From Marinosulfonomonas sp. (GTDB lineage Bacteria > Pseudomonadota > Alphaproteobacteria > Rhodobacterales > Rhodobacteraceae), in assembly GCA_051251595.1 (NCBI GenBank), contig JBPOFA010000016.1:10626-74625 (forward strand): DNA of 64,000 nucleotides, in the 5' to 3' direction. The position numbers were made by a program, and so were the translations under genes. Of this stretch, positions 19,814 through 28,520 are shown piece after piece; the stretch's first letter is position 1; every line of letters starts with the position of its first letter. The notes under the pieces were generated by a model. The model did no database searches, had not been told where the DNA came from, and worked only from the letters and a program-made list of their open reading frames with translations.

Positions 19814-21615
19814 CATTTTCTGAACGATTGACTGCTCTGCGGGCCTGGATGAAAGAGCAGGGGCTGCAAGCGTATCTTGTGACCTCTGCGGATGCGCATC
19901 AAAGCGAGGATTGCCCTGACCACGACCGAAGCTTGGCGTGGTTGACGGGGTTCTCGGGGTCTTTGGGGCGGGCCCTTGTTTTGGCAGAAAGTGCGGTTCT
20001 GTTCGTTGATGGACGGTATCAGGTTCAGGCGGCAAAGCAGGTCGATCCCGCGCTTTGGACCATTTCGCATCTGAATGACAGCCCGCCGGAAACGATCCTT
20101 GCAAAGATTACGACGCCGCTTTTGGTCGGGTATGATGCGATGCTTTGGTCTGTGAACCAGATCAAGACGCTGTCGACGGCGATTGCGCCCGTTGGACATC
20201 GGGTAGAGCCGGTTGCAAAGGATCCGTTTGATCAGATCTGGCCCGATCGCCCCGCATCCCCTTGTGGTGCGTTGCGTCAAATGCCCGACGCGGTTGCAGG
20301 CGAAACCGGAGCGGCCAAACGCGCAGGTCTGCGCGCGCGTTTGCGTGACTTGGGGCTTGCGGCCTGGGTCATCACCAGACCAGACGACATTGCCTGGCTG
20401 ACCAATACCCGCGGCACCGATATTCCGATGCATCCGGTGCCGCTGTCCTTTGCGATCCTGCCCTGTGAGGGGCCGATGATTTGGGCCATCCACACGGACA
20501 AAATCGAGCAGGGCCCTGTTGTGCTGGACGCGGATGTGAAACAGGTCGCGCCGGATATGTTTCTTGACACTCTGACGCAGACTTCTGACGGCGCAAAGAT
20601 CGGTCTTGATCCTGTCTTTGCCGGCAAAGCGGTTGAGGTCGCTATCGAGGCTGGGGGCGGAACGGCCGTTCACATGGATGACCCTGTCACCGTGTTCAAG
20701 GCCGCCAAGAATGAGGTGGAACTGGCAGGTTACCGCGACGCGCATCTTAAAGATGGTGCAGCATGGACGACGTTTATGGCGTGGTTGTGTGATACGGTTC
20801 CGGCGCGGTTTGATGCAGGGCATCCGGTCACCGAATGTGAGGCCGCCGACAAAATCGTTGAATTGCGTGCAAAGCAAGACGGATTTTTAGAGGCGAGCTT
20901 TAATTCAATTTCGGCCGCTGGTGCGAATGCTGCCATGTGCCACTATGCGCCCAAACGCAAAGACAATATCCCGATTGTGCCAACAGATATGTACCTGTTG
21001 GACAGTGGGGGGCAATACGTCAATGGGACCACGGATGCGACGCGCACGCTTGCCTTCACTGAGGTGCCCGATGAGACACGCCGGATTTGTACGGCAGTGT
21101 TGAAAGGGTTCATTGGGCTGTCTAATGCACGTTTTCCTGCAGGAAGTTTTCCGCATCAATTGGATGCTCTGGCCCGCGCGCCTTTGTGGGCCATCGGGTT
21201 GGACTACGATCATGGAACGGGACATGGGGTTGGGCATAATCTTTTGGTGCATGAATTCCCGCAGAGGTTTGGCAAGCTTCCGAACAGTTATCCGTTGCAC
21301 CCGGGGCATATCATGACAATCGAACCTGGATTTTACCTGGAGGGTCAGTTTGGCCTGCGTATTGAAAACCAAGTCGAAGTGATCGAGGATCCAGAGGCCT
21401 CGGGCTATCTGCGGTTTGCGCCCTTGACCTATGCGCCGATCCCGCTTTCTTTGTTCGACCTGACAATGCTCAACGATGCAGAATGCGCTTGGCTGGATGC
21501 TTATCACTCTGATGTTCGGGCGCGGCTGTCAGACCGTTTGTCTGGAAAGGCGTTGGACTGGATGCTGGCGCAAACCGAACCTTGTGCGCACCAGATCGGG
21601 CAAACATCCGACTAA
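19810..21615 (+). CDS. Aminopeptidase P family protein (Xaa-Pro aminopeptidase, M24B)
   Basis: 601 aa. Creatinase-like N-terminal domains plus the pita-bread domain with YDHGTGHGVGHNL and MTIEPGFY. ATGA overlap with the upstream gene. Confidence 0.85.
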   Translation: MTFSERLTALRAWMKEQGLQAYLVTSADAHQSEDCPDHDRSLAWLTGFSGSLGRALVLAESAVLFVDGRYQVQAAKQVDPALWTISHLNDSPPETILAKITTPLLVGYDAMLWSVNQIKTLSTAIAPVGHRVEPVAKDPFDQIWPDRPASPCGALRQMPDAVAGETGAAKRAGLRARLRDLGLAAWVITRPDDIAWLTNTRGTDIPMHPVPLSFAILPCEGPMIWAIHTDKIEQGPVVLDADVKQVAPDMFLDTLTQTSDGAKIGLDPVFAGKAVEVAIEAGGGTAVHMDDPVTVFKAAKNEVELAGYRDAHLKDGAAWTTFMAWLCDTVPARFDAGHPVTECEAADKIVELRAKQDGFLEASFNSISAAGANAAMCHYAPKRKDNIPIVPTDMYLLDSGGQYVNGTTDATRTLAFTEVPDETRRICTAVLKGFIGLSNARFPAGSFPHQLDALARAPLWAIGLDYDHGTGHGVGHNLLVHEFPQRFGKLPNSYPLHPGHIMTIEPGFYLEGQFGLRIENQVEVIEDPEASGYLRFAPLTYAPIPLSLFDLTMLNDAECAWLDAYHSDVRARLSDRLSGKALDWMLAQTEPCAHQIGQTSD

Positions 21616-21622
21616 CAAGATG

Positions 21623-21648
21623 GCCCCGCCGCTGCCAAGCTGCGGGGC
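21623..21648. terminator. Hairpin between convergent pepP-like and dctM genes
   Basis: GCCCCGC-N12-GCGGGGC lies 8 nt after the 21615 stop. Confidence 0.4.
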
Positions 21649-21669
21649 TGCCATTGGATCGACTCTTCG

Positions 21670-22980
21670 TTAAAGCCCCACCAGCACCGAAGGGAGCCAG
21701 GTTACCAAAGCGGGGAACAGGATGATCGCGATCAGCACCAACATCTGTGCGCCAACAAAGGGCACCACGCCGCGATACATCTGGCCGTAGGTCATGCTCT
21801 TGGGGGCAATGGATCTGAGGTAAAAGATGGATGGCGCCATGGGGGGCGTCAGGTAGGATGTTTGGATAACAACCAGAACCATCATCGCGAACCAGATCGG
21901 ATCAATACCAGCGCTTTTGACGATTGGGGCAAAGATCGGAATGAAGATCAAAACGATCGACACCCAATCCAGCACAAACCCTGCGAAAAACACAACCGTC
22001 AGAAAGAACGCAATGATGCCAGCATTGCCATACCCGATCGTGGCAACGGTGTCGCGCACCAAGGTCCCGCCGCCAGTCACTGCGAAAATACTGGTGAACA
22101 TGGTGCCGCCTGCCACGATAAGCATGATCATCGATGTGATGCGCAACGTGACGCCTAAGGAGTCTATCAACAGCTTTAGCGACAGCTCTCGAAACAGCAG
22201 GGTCAGCAACAGGGTCCCGGCCGCACCAACGGCTGCCGCTTCGGTGGCAGAGGCGATGCCCGCCAAGAGTGATCCCAGCACCATAACGATCAGCGCCAGG
22301 GGCGGCAGCATCGCGGTCAGGGAAATTTTTAGCTTTTCCTGCGTTGAAACAGAACGGTCCGCGACGGGCAGGGGCGGGGCATCCTGTGGCCGCGACATGC
22401 TGCGCACCAAAATGTAGCCGACAAAGAACAGCACCATCAAAGCGCCCGGCAGCAACGAGGCCGCGAAAAGCTGCCCGATAGAAAGCTGAGCGATGGATGC
22501 GTAGACAACCACAATCACAGAGGGTGGAATGATCGTGCCCAGGGACCCCCCTGCGCAGATCGTGCCGGCAATCAGATCATTCTTGTACCCGGCTTTCATC
22601 ATCGGGGGGATGGCCATCAACCCAACAACGATTTCAACAGCCCCCACAACACCAGAGGCCGCGGCAAAGATGGCGCACATCGCGATCGTTGACAGGGCAA
22701 GCCCCCCCGGGAACCGGCCAAGCCAAAGCTGCAGCGCATAAAAAAGACGCTTTGCTATGCCCGAACGTTCAAGGACTGCGCCCATGAAAATGAACAGAGG
22801 AATGGCGGCCAGCACGAAATTCGAAGCCGTGTTCAGCAGCGGGCCGTAAAGCTGAAGTATGATCAGATCGCCAAAGACCGTGTAGCCAAAGATGACAGCG
22901 ATGATTATCAGGGAAAACGCGACGGGCACGCCGAGGAAAACCAGCACAAAAAGCGCCGCAAACATAAGCAAGGGTAGCAT
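21670..22980 (-). CDS. TRAP transporter large permease (DctM family)
   Basis: 436 aa, highly hydrophobic, with the typical DctM N-terminus MLPLLMFAALFVLVFLGVPVAFSL. Confidence 0.9.
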   Translation of the reverse strand: MLPLLMFAALFVLVFLGVPVAFSLIIIAVIFGYTVFGDLIILQLYGPLLNTASNFVLAAIPLFIFMGAVLERSGIAKRLFYALQLWLGRFPGGLALSTIAMCAIFAAASGVVGAVEIVVGLMAIPPMMKAGYKNDLIAGTICAGGSLGTIIPPSVIVVVYASIAQLSIGQLFAASLLPGALMVLFFVGYILVRSMSRPQDAPPLPVADRSVSTQEKLKISLTAMLPPLALIVMVLGSLLAGIASATEAAAVGAAGTLLLTLLFRELSLKLLIDSLGVTLRITSMIMLIVAGGTMFTSIFAVTGGGTLVRDTVATIGYGNAGIIAFFLTVVFFAGFVLDWVSIVLIFIPIFAPIVKSAGIDPIWFAMMVLVVIQTSYLTPPMAPSIFYLRSIAPKSMTYGQMYRGVVPFVGAQMLVLIAIILFPALVTWLPSVLVGL

Positions 22981-22983
22981 GTG

Positions 22984-23517
22984 TCAGGTCTCCAAGTCTT
23001 GTAGTTCAGACTCTGTTTCACCGGGAAGCTTTTCGCCGGACAGATATTTGAATGCTTCAATGACGAACTGCAGTGAGAACGCACAAAGCCCAAGGGCGAT
23101 GACCGTGTAAAACGGCCAGACATGCGGGGCCCAGGGGCTCACCCGTTCAAGCTCCCCGTTCATAAACGCCTTCAGTGCCTTTTTCCCGGCGACCCAGGTA
23201 AAGGCAAAGCAGATCGGGGCCATCACAAGCAAATACACCAGCCCGTTGACCAACTGTTGCACCCGCTGAGGGAATTTTTGCGATAAAAAATCGATGCGCA
23301 CATGTGCGTCTTTGTTGAGCGAATAGGCCGACCCAAGAAGAAAGATCGACCCGTTCAACATGTAAGAGACATCAAAGGCCCAGAGGGTTGGTGCCCCAAA
23401 CGCATAGCGAGCCACGACTTCGTACAGCATCGATGCGATCAGCGCGAAAATAGCCAACCGGCCGAAGACGCCCAATATTTCCGAAAACCGTTCACAGATA
23501 TTGCGTAAAACTATCAT
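22984..23517 (-). CDS. TRAP transporter small permease (DctQ family)
   Basis: About 177 aa with four hydrophobic helices, located directly upstream of dctM. Start taken at ATG 23517 (MIVLRNICERF); the track ORF extends to 23547. Confidence 0.8.
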   Translation of the reverse strand: MIVLRNICERFSEILGVFGRLAIFALIASMLYEVVARYAFGAPTLWAFDVSYMLNGSIFLLGSAYSLNKDAHVRIDFLSQKFPQRVQQLVNGLVYLLVMAPICFAFTWVAGKKALKAFMNGELERVSPWAPHVWPFYTVIALGLCAFSLQFVIEAFKYLSGEKLPGETESELQDLET

Positions 23518-23573
23518 CGCGAGCTCCAGACATGATGGCCGGCACAATCGCCGGCCATCAATATAGGTTTCAG

Positions 23574-24638
23574 TTATTCCGCAGAGTCGCGCACAAGGTA
23601 GCCTGAATTCTCAGCCCAGTTTTCCTGGTAGGCCAGGTAACTGTCCAAAACTTCTTGCATCCCTGGGCTGCCTGCTTCGGCCAAAGCGATGGCCTGTTTC
23701 TTGGCCCAGTTGCGGCCTGCTTCGCGGATTTTTTCGGATTCGGCATGGTCCATTTGCACCATTTCAACCTTGGTTTCACGGTACGCAGCCATTGCTTTCA
23801 CATCTGCATCGCCGAAATGGGTGAAGCCTTCATATGTTGTCAGTTTGGCCGCAGCTGTCACCAAAGCCTGAAGGTCAGCAGGAAGCGCATCCCATGTCTC
23901 TTGTTTCACGAAGACTTCCCAAAGGAAGGAGGGTTGGTGAACGCCCGGCATGATCAAGTAAGGTGCGACTTCGTGGAAGCCTTCGGTGATATTTGCGCCC
24001 GGTGTGGACCATTCGATTGCGTCAACGCCTTTGCGCTGCAAAAGGGTGTAGATTTCGCTGCCCGGAACCACGGTCGGCACGCCGCCAAACTCTTCTTGCA
24101 GGACGGCGGCAAATGCGCCGGAGGTGCGGTATTTCACGCCTTTCAGGTCTTCGATTGTCTCGATTTTGACATTCGAATGCGCCATGATTTCAGAGGTGCC
24201 GACGCCCACAACAAGGCTGTGCAATCCCATTTCTTCCTGGCGGAAGTCTTGCAGCATCTTTTCGCCGCCGCCTTCGTAGATCCAGTGCAGCGTTGCTTCG
24301 GGGGACATACCGCCTGGAAAGCTGGCGAAAATCGCGTTGGTTGGATCCTGGTTCACCAAATAAGAGGGCGTTGAATGGCCCGCTTCGATGACGCCATCTT
24401 GGACAACTTGATAGGCCTCAAACGCAGAGGCAAGAACGCCAGCGCCAAAGGATTGAATCTTCAAACGGTCAGATGTCAGTGTTGAAACGTTTTGGACAAA
24501 TCGTTCCATGAAGTTCTGATAAAGGAATGAACCTTCTCCGACGCCGGCTGTCATTTTCCATTCAAAATCAGCGGCCTGAACGGGGCTGACGGTCACAAGG
24601 GCAAGCATGCTTGCCGCAATTAGGTTAAGTTTTTTCAT
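23574..24638 (-). CDS. TRAP transporter substrate-binding protein (DctP family)
   Basis: 354 aa with signal peptide MKKLNLIAASMLALVTVSPVQA. Gene order is P-Q-M. Confidence 0.9.
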   Translation of the reverse strand: MKKLNLIAASMLALVTVSPVQAADFEWKMTAGVGEGSFLYQNFMERFVQNVSTLTSDRLKIQSFGAGVLASAFEAYQVVQDGVIEAGHSTPSYLVNQDPTNAIFASFPGGMSPEATLHWIYEGGGEKMLQDFRQEEMGLHSLVVGVGTSEIMAHSNVKIETIEDLKGVKYRTSGAFAAVLQEEFGGVPTVVPGSEIYTLLQRKGVDAIEWSTPGANITEGFHEVAPYLIMPGVHQPSFLWEVFVKQETWDALPADLQALVTAAAKLTTYEGFTHFGDADVKAMAAYRETKVEMVQMDHAESEKIREAGRNWAKKQAIALAEAGSPGMQEVLDSYLAYQENWAENSGYLVRDSAE

Positions 24639-24877
24639 AATGTCCTCTGGCTGTTGATATGTTGGTTTTGGGCGTTTTGCGGCCTGATGTGCTCAGGCTC
24701 TTTTGTTGTTTAGAAGTGGCCTTGGATCGGAAGGGATCGGTGTTTGGCAAAACGGACCCCTTCCTTCCATATGTTTGGGGATTGAAATCCCTGCGTGTTC
24801 TGACGACGGGCTCGCCCCAAGGACAGGGCGATCGTCTCGGAGCACACGGGGTGGCGCCCCGCTTGTTTGGCGGCCAA

Positions 24878-25840
24878 TTACATGCATTCTGCGATGATAC
24901 CGCCCTGCTTTGACCAATCCGCGAACCACGCGTTGAACAGCGCATATTGCTGCTCGCAATAATTACGTTGCGCGTCCGACAATTCATCTGTTTCGACAAA
25001 GTGCAGGCGGTATTCTTCCTCGCCGTTCAAAACGAGAAGGTATTTGTAAAACAGCACCAGGTCCGTGCCCTCATCAAAGCTGGACAAGACGCCAAAGGCC
25101 TCTTCCAGCTCCAGGGCGCGTTTGCGTGCTTCTGCGTGACCCGCAGCGGCTTTTTGCGACAGAGAGGCCAGCAACAAGGCTTCTTTTGGCAATGCTGTGC
25201 CGATCCCGGTGATGGATCCTGTTGCGCCGCAGTTCACAAAACCGTGGAATACCTCGGTATCCACACCGACCATCAAGGTCACTTGATCGTCCTGAGATGT
25301 GATATACTCGGCTGCGTAGCGCAGATCATCTTTGCCGCCGAACTCTTTGAACCCAATGAGGTTTTTATGTTCTGCGCGCAGGGCAAAGAACAAATCCGCG
25401 CGCGTCGCAAAGCCATAGACAGGGCTGTTGTAAATGACCGCAGGCACGTCCGGCGCGGCACTTAGGATCGATTTGAAGTGGTTCTTTTGCGCGATGGCTG
25501 AAGAGCCACGTGACAAAACACGCGGGATGACCATGAGACCAACTGCGCCGACCTTTTGTGCGTGCGCGGCAATCGCCGTTGCGGATTTTGAGTTGATGGC
25601 ACCTGTGCCAACGACAACCGGAACACCGGCATCTACAAGCTTTTCGACACCTTCCATGCGCTGTTCGTCGGTCAGCAAGGGCCAGTCGCCCATTGAGCCG
25701 CAGTAAACAACGGCCGACATGCCTGCCGCGATCATTTCTTTCCCTTTTTTGACAAGAGCGTCAAAATCGGGGGTGCGATCTGCTTTGCAGGGGGTCATCA
25801 GCGCCGGCATTGTACCGCTAAAAATATTAGACATAGTCAT
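24878..25840 (-). CDS. Dihydrodipicolinate synthase/N-acetylneuraminate lyase family protein (class I aldolase-type)
   Basis: ORF 24878..25963. Start moved to ATG 25840, preceded by AAGGAA. N-terminus MSNIFSGTMPALMTPC, Schiff-base lysine region IGFKEFGG, and a roughly 40-aa C-terminal extension. Confidence 0.85.
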   Translation of the reverse strand: MTMSNIFSGTMPALMTPCKADRTPDFDALVKKGKEMIAAGMSAVVYCGSMGDWPLLTDEQRMEGVEKLVDAGVPVVVGTGAINSKSATAIAAHAQKVGAVGLMVIPRVLSRGSSAIAQKNHFKSILSAAPDVPAVIYNSPVYGFATRADLFFALRAEHKNLIGFKEFGGKDDLRYAAEYITSQDDQVTLMVGVDTEVFHGFVNCGATGSITGIGTALPKEALLLASLSQKAAAGHAEARKRALELEEAFGVLSSFDEGTDLVLFYKYLLVLNGEEEYRLHFVETDELSDAQRNYCEQQYALFNAWFADWSKQGGIIAECM

Positions 25841-25945
25841 TTCCTTTGTCTCGGTCCTGGCCCGTGAGGGGCAAGGCCATTTGTAACGTTTGATCAAAAC
25901 GCCAGCGTTTGTTGTTATCGACGGAATCTCTGTGTCAGCTTTGTT

Positions 25946-25964
25946 ATTGGATATTGTATCCAAT
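25946..25964. promoter_or_regulatory. Perfect 8-3-8 inverted repeat ATTGGATA-ttg-TATCCAAT upstream of the DapA-family/TRAP operon
   Basis: Read directly. It lies about 105 bp upstream of the preferred start at 25840. The TTG start of the long track ORF sits inside this palindrome. Confidence 0.4.
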
Positions 25965-26368
25965 TACGAGCGAAAACTGCCAACGTGGCTTTCAAGGCTG
26001 GGTTTTTGCCTAAAATTTATGCGGATTGACTGATGTGTTGGCGGGTTTAGCCAAAAGGCGAAGGCGTCGGCAAACACCTTGAAACCGGCAGGGCTTCGCC
26101 CGGCAGGCCGAAAGGGGCTTGCGAGTTTCTTCCCTTGGAGGCGCCGGAATTGCCGCCCACACGCCTCTCTGGCATAGATGACAGTCGGTTGGGTTACGCC
26201 TACGTTACTATCTGTTTGATGACGCTGTTCCTATGCCAAGCGGCATCTGTTCCTAGGGCGTGATCGGCGTTTCTGTTTGTAACGGCGACGATCAATGCGT
26301 TGGCGAACAGCATTCCAACCGGGGATCCTAGTGGAGGGGCGTTGAAAATTGTCAGATGAAAGACGTAA

Positions 26369-27811
26369 TCATCTCATCGGAACCTGTTTGGTCTGTTTGA
26401 GGGCGGCAAACAGAAAAAAGCTGAATATTAGCAATAAGCTGGCCCACACCCCCAATGCAAAGATTGGGGGTACGCCCCCTCTGCTTAGCTTCCAAAACTT
26501 GTTTTCGCCGGAAAAGAAGTCATGAATCGCAACGTGGACAAGCGGAAATTTTGCCTCTGCCATTGGAGTCATGTTTGTCGCGGCGGCCAAGAATGCAATG
26601 CCGATGCTGACACCAAGGGCAATTGCGGTCACTCGTTTCAGTACAACACTGGAGCTGGTCCACACAAAGATAAGGGCAAACGCCATAAAGCCAATTGCTG
26701 GAGAAACATGTCTTGGCCCGAAGGAAAAGCCACCATCCCAATAGTAATATGACGCGTTATAGAGCATGAAATAGATTATGATCAGGCCTGCGAAAGCCAC
26801 TGGCAGCCGGTGATTGGGGCGAATTATTCCCAACCACAGTCCGATCAGCGAAAAAAACAAAACTGGAGAAACAATGAAAAGGCCTCTGTAGAGGCCGAAG
26901 GTCAGCTCGTATAAGATTTCCAGTCGGGGGCGTGTCAGACCCAGGAAGCCCTGTTCCATTCCTTCGAAGCCAACAACGCTGTTATAGCCGACCGAAAAGG
27001 GCCCGCCGAAACTTACGGTATGGTAAACCAACATGGGAATCGCCGCGATGATTGCGGCGATAGCAGCAACGGTGCCAAGAACTATGCGCTGCTGGGGGGT
27101 GAACCGCGTCAGTTTCCACAGCCCCATACAAGCAAGCAGTAAGACTGCCGGTGCAGTTGGATATTCAAAAGCGACAGCCCAAGCAGCAAAAATACCGGCA
27201 AACACTGTCAGCCCTGTGTTCCGCTTGGGCGGGCCATTGGCATCAAGTGCCTCGATTGCGCAGAAAGCCAGGATAAGACAAGCTGCAGCTGCGGCGTGAC
27301 CAAAGAAAAGTGTCGACCAGCCCCAGATAGGCGTTGCCACTGCATAGGTTAGCGCCGTCGCGACACCGATTGCCGGGCTTGCCGACAAGCGCAAGGCGCA
27401 AAAATACAGTGCCAACGCTGCGATCACCGTTAGAAAACCTGATGTTCCCAAAGCCAAAAGATGCGCTGTCAAACGGCCATTTACAGTTTCGTCGGGACGT
27501 CCGCTGTCATCCACGAGTCTGAAATCCACCCCGACCTTCTGTCCGATCTGTCTCAGCGCGAAGTAGATCGGTGTCGCGGCGAGCGCCATGCCTGGGGCTT
27601 TGTCAGAATAATAGTGCCCATCAATAAATGCCTTGTCGACCGTGAACTCTTGTGAATGATCAATTTGTGTTGTTCCGCGCTCGACGATGGCCGAAACCAG
27701 TGCGAGCCGAGAGAAACTGTTGGGGTTTTTGTTCGTCCCAATCATCGGAAGTTGGCAGATAACGACGATGAAAAAAAGCAAGATTGGAATCCTGCGCGTG
27801 TAAATATTCAT
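26369..27811 (-). CDS. Polytopic membrane glycosyltransferase-like protein (GT-C fold, GT39/ArnT-like)
   Basis: About 480 aa with 11 or more hydrophobic segments. The first extracytoplasmic loop carries VDKAFIDGHYYSDKAPGMAL, resembling the Asp-rich/KPPL-type loop of lipid-linked-sugar GT-C enzymes. AT-richer than its neighbours. ATG at 27811; the track starts at TTG 27832. Confidence 0.55.
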   Translation of the reverse strand: MNIYTRRIPILLFFIVVICQLPMIGTNKNPNSFSRLALVSAIVERGTTQIDHSQEFTVDKAFIDGHYYSDKAPGMALAATPIYFALRQIGQKVGVDFRLVDDSGRPDETVNGRLTAHLLALGTSGFLTVIAALALYFCALRLSASPAIGVATALTYAVATPIWGWSTLFFGHAAAAACLILAFCAIEALDANGPPKRNTGLTVFAGIFAAWAVAFEYPTAPAVLLLACMGLWKLTRFTPQQRIVLGTVAAIAAIIAAIPMLVYHTVSFGGPFSVGYNSVVGFEGMEQGFLGLTRPRLEILYELTFGLYRGLFIVSPVLFFSLIGLWLGIIRPNHRLPVAFAGLIIIYFMLYNASYYYWDGGFSFGPRHVSPAIGFMAFALIFVWTSSSVVLKRVTAIALGVSIGIAFLAAATNMTPMAEAKFPLVHVAIHDFFSGENKFWKLSRGGVPPIFALGVWASLLLIFSFFLFAALKQTKQVPMR

Positions 27812-28520
27812 TAACGAAGTGCCTAATTCCAAGTTGGACTTACGTTACCTTACGTAACCTGTCTAATGCCATCGCCAGTGTTCGTTTACAAGTGTTCTCC
27901 CGAGGACTGGTTCACCTAAATATCTTCGGGCAAAGGTTCCCTAATAAAACTTTGATTTTTGGCGCTGCCATGCATAGGGCCTGATGACTGTGGGGATTTC
28001 ACGGCAGCGATGATTGGCATTCTTTGGCACCGACCTGACCATATTTGCGCGTGTGCTTATTTGGTGTCGTCTTTCTTTCATGATCTGGGTCATGTGGCCC
28101 GTGTTGGTCCGACGAACTGATCGACGCAAACAGTGCTGGCGGCATTGGTTAACCGCTCGGGGGCATGTCAGGCGATTTCAAGCCTGGCACCAGGGCACGT
28201 CGAATACCCGCCCCGGCACTGCGTCTTCAAGGTCTCAAGCATTTCGATCCAATCAACTGCAATGCCGGCGGCGACGTGCTTAACCGATCAGATGTCTGGG
28301 CGACCTCGTCATTCCAAATGTCCTGATTGCGGGATGGCGAGAAAGTAACGATAGTATTCTGTCCCGGCTTTTGGTTGCCATAGTATAAGTTCGTCCATTT
28401 CTGCGGTGTTGATCTTTGCTGCCGCCAAGGGGTGTTTTTCTGTTGGATTTTCAAGGTGGCACGACAAAGGATAGCTTAACAATTGTCCTGACCCCCACAG
28501 ACACCGGTTTTGTATTCCCT

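Noticed and set aside
24639-24877. Hairpin GGAAGGG-N22-CCCTTCC between the DapA-family and DctP genes as a terminator or REP element
   Set aside because: The loop is long, there is no U-tract, and there is no second copy in the window. It may just be an intra-operon spacer.
27941-28454. Calling an IS3-family transposase pseudogene in the gene-free stretch next to the GT-C gene
   Set aside because: The resemblance rests on one short peptide (PQKWTNLYY). There are no inverted repeats and no further conserved blocks in any frame.
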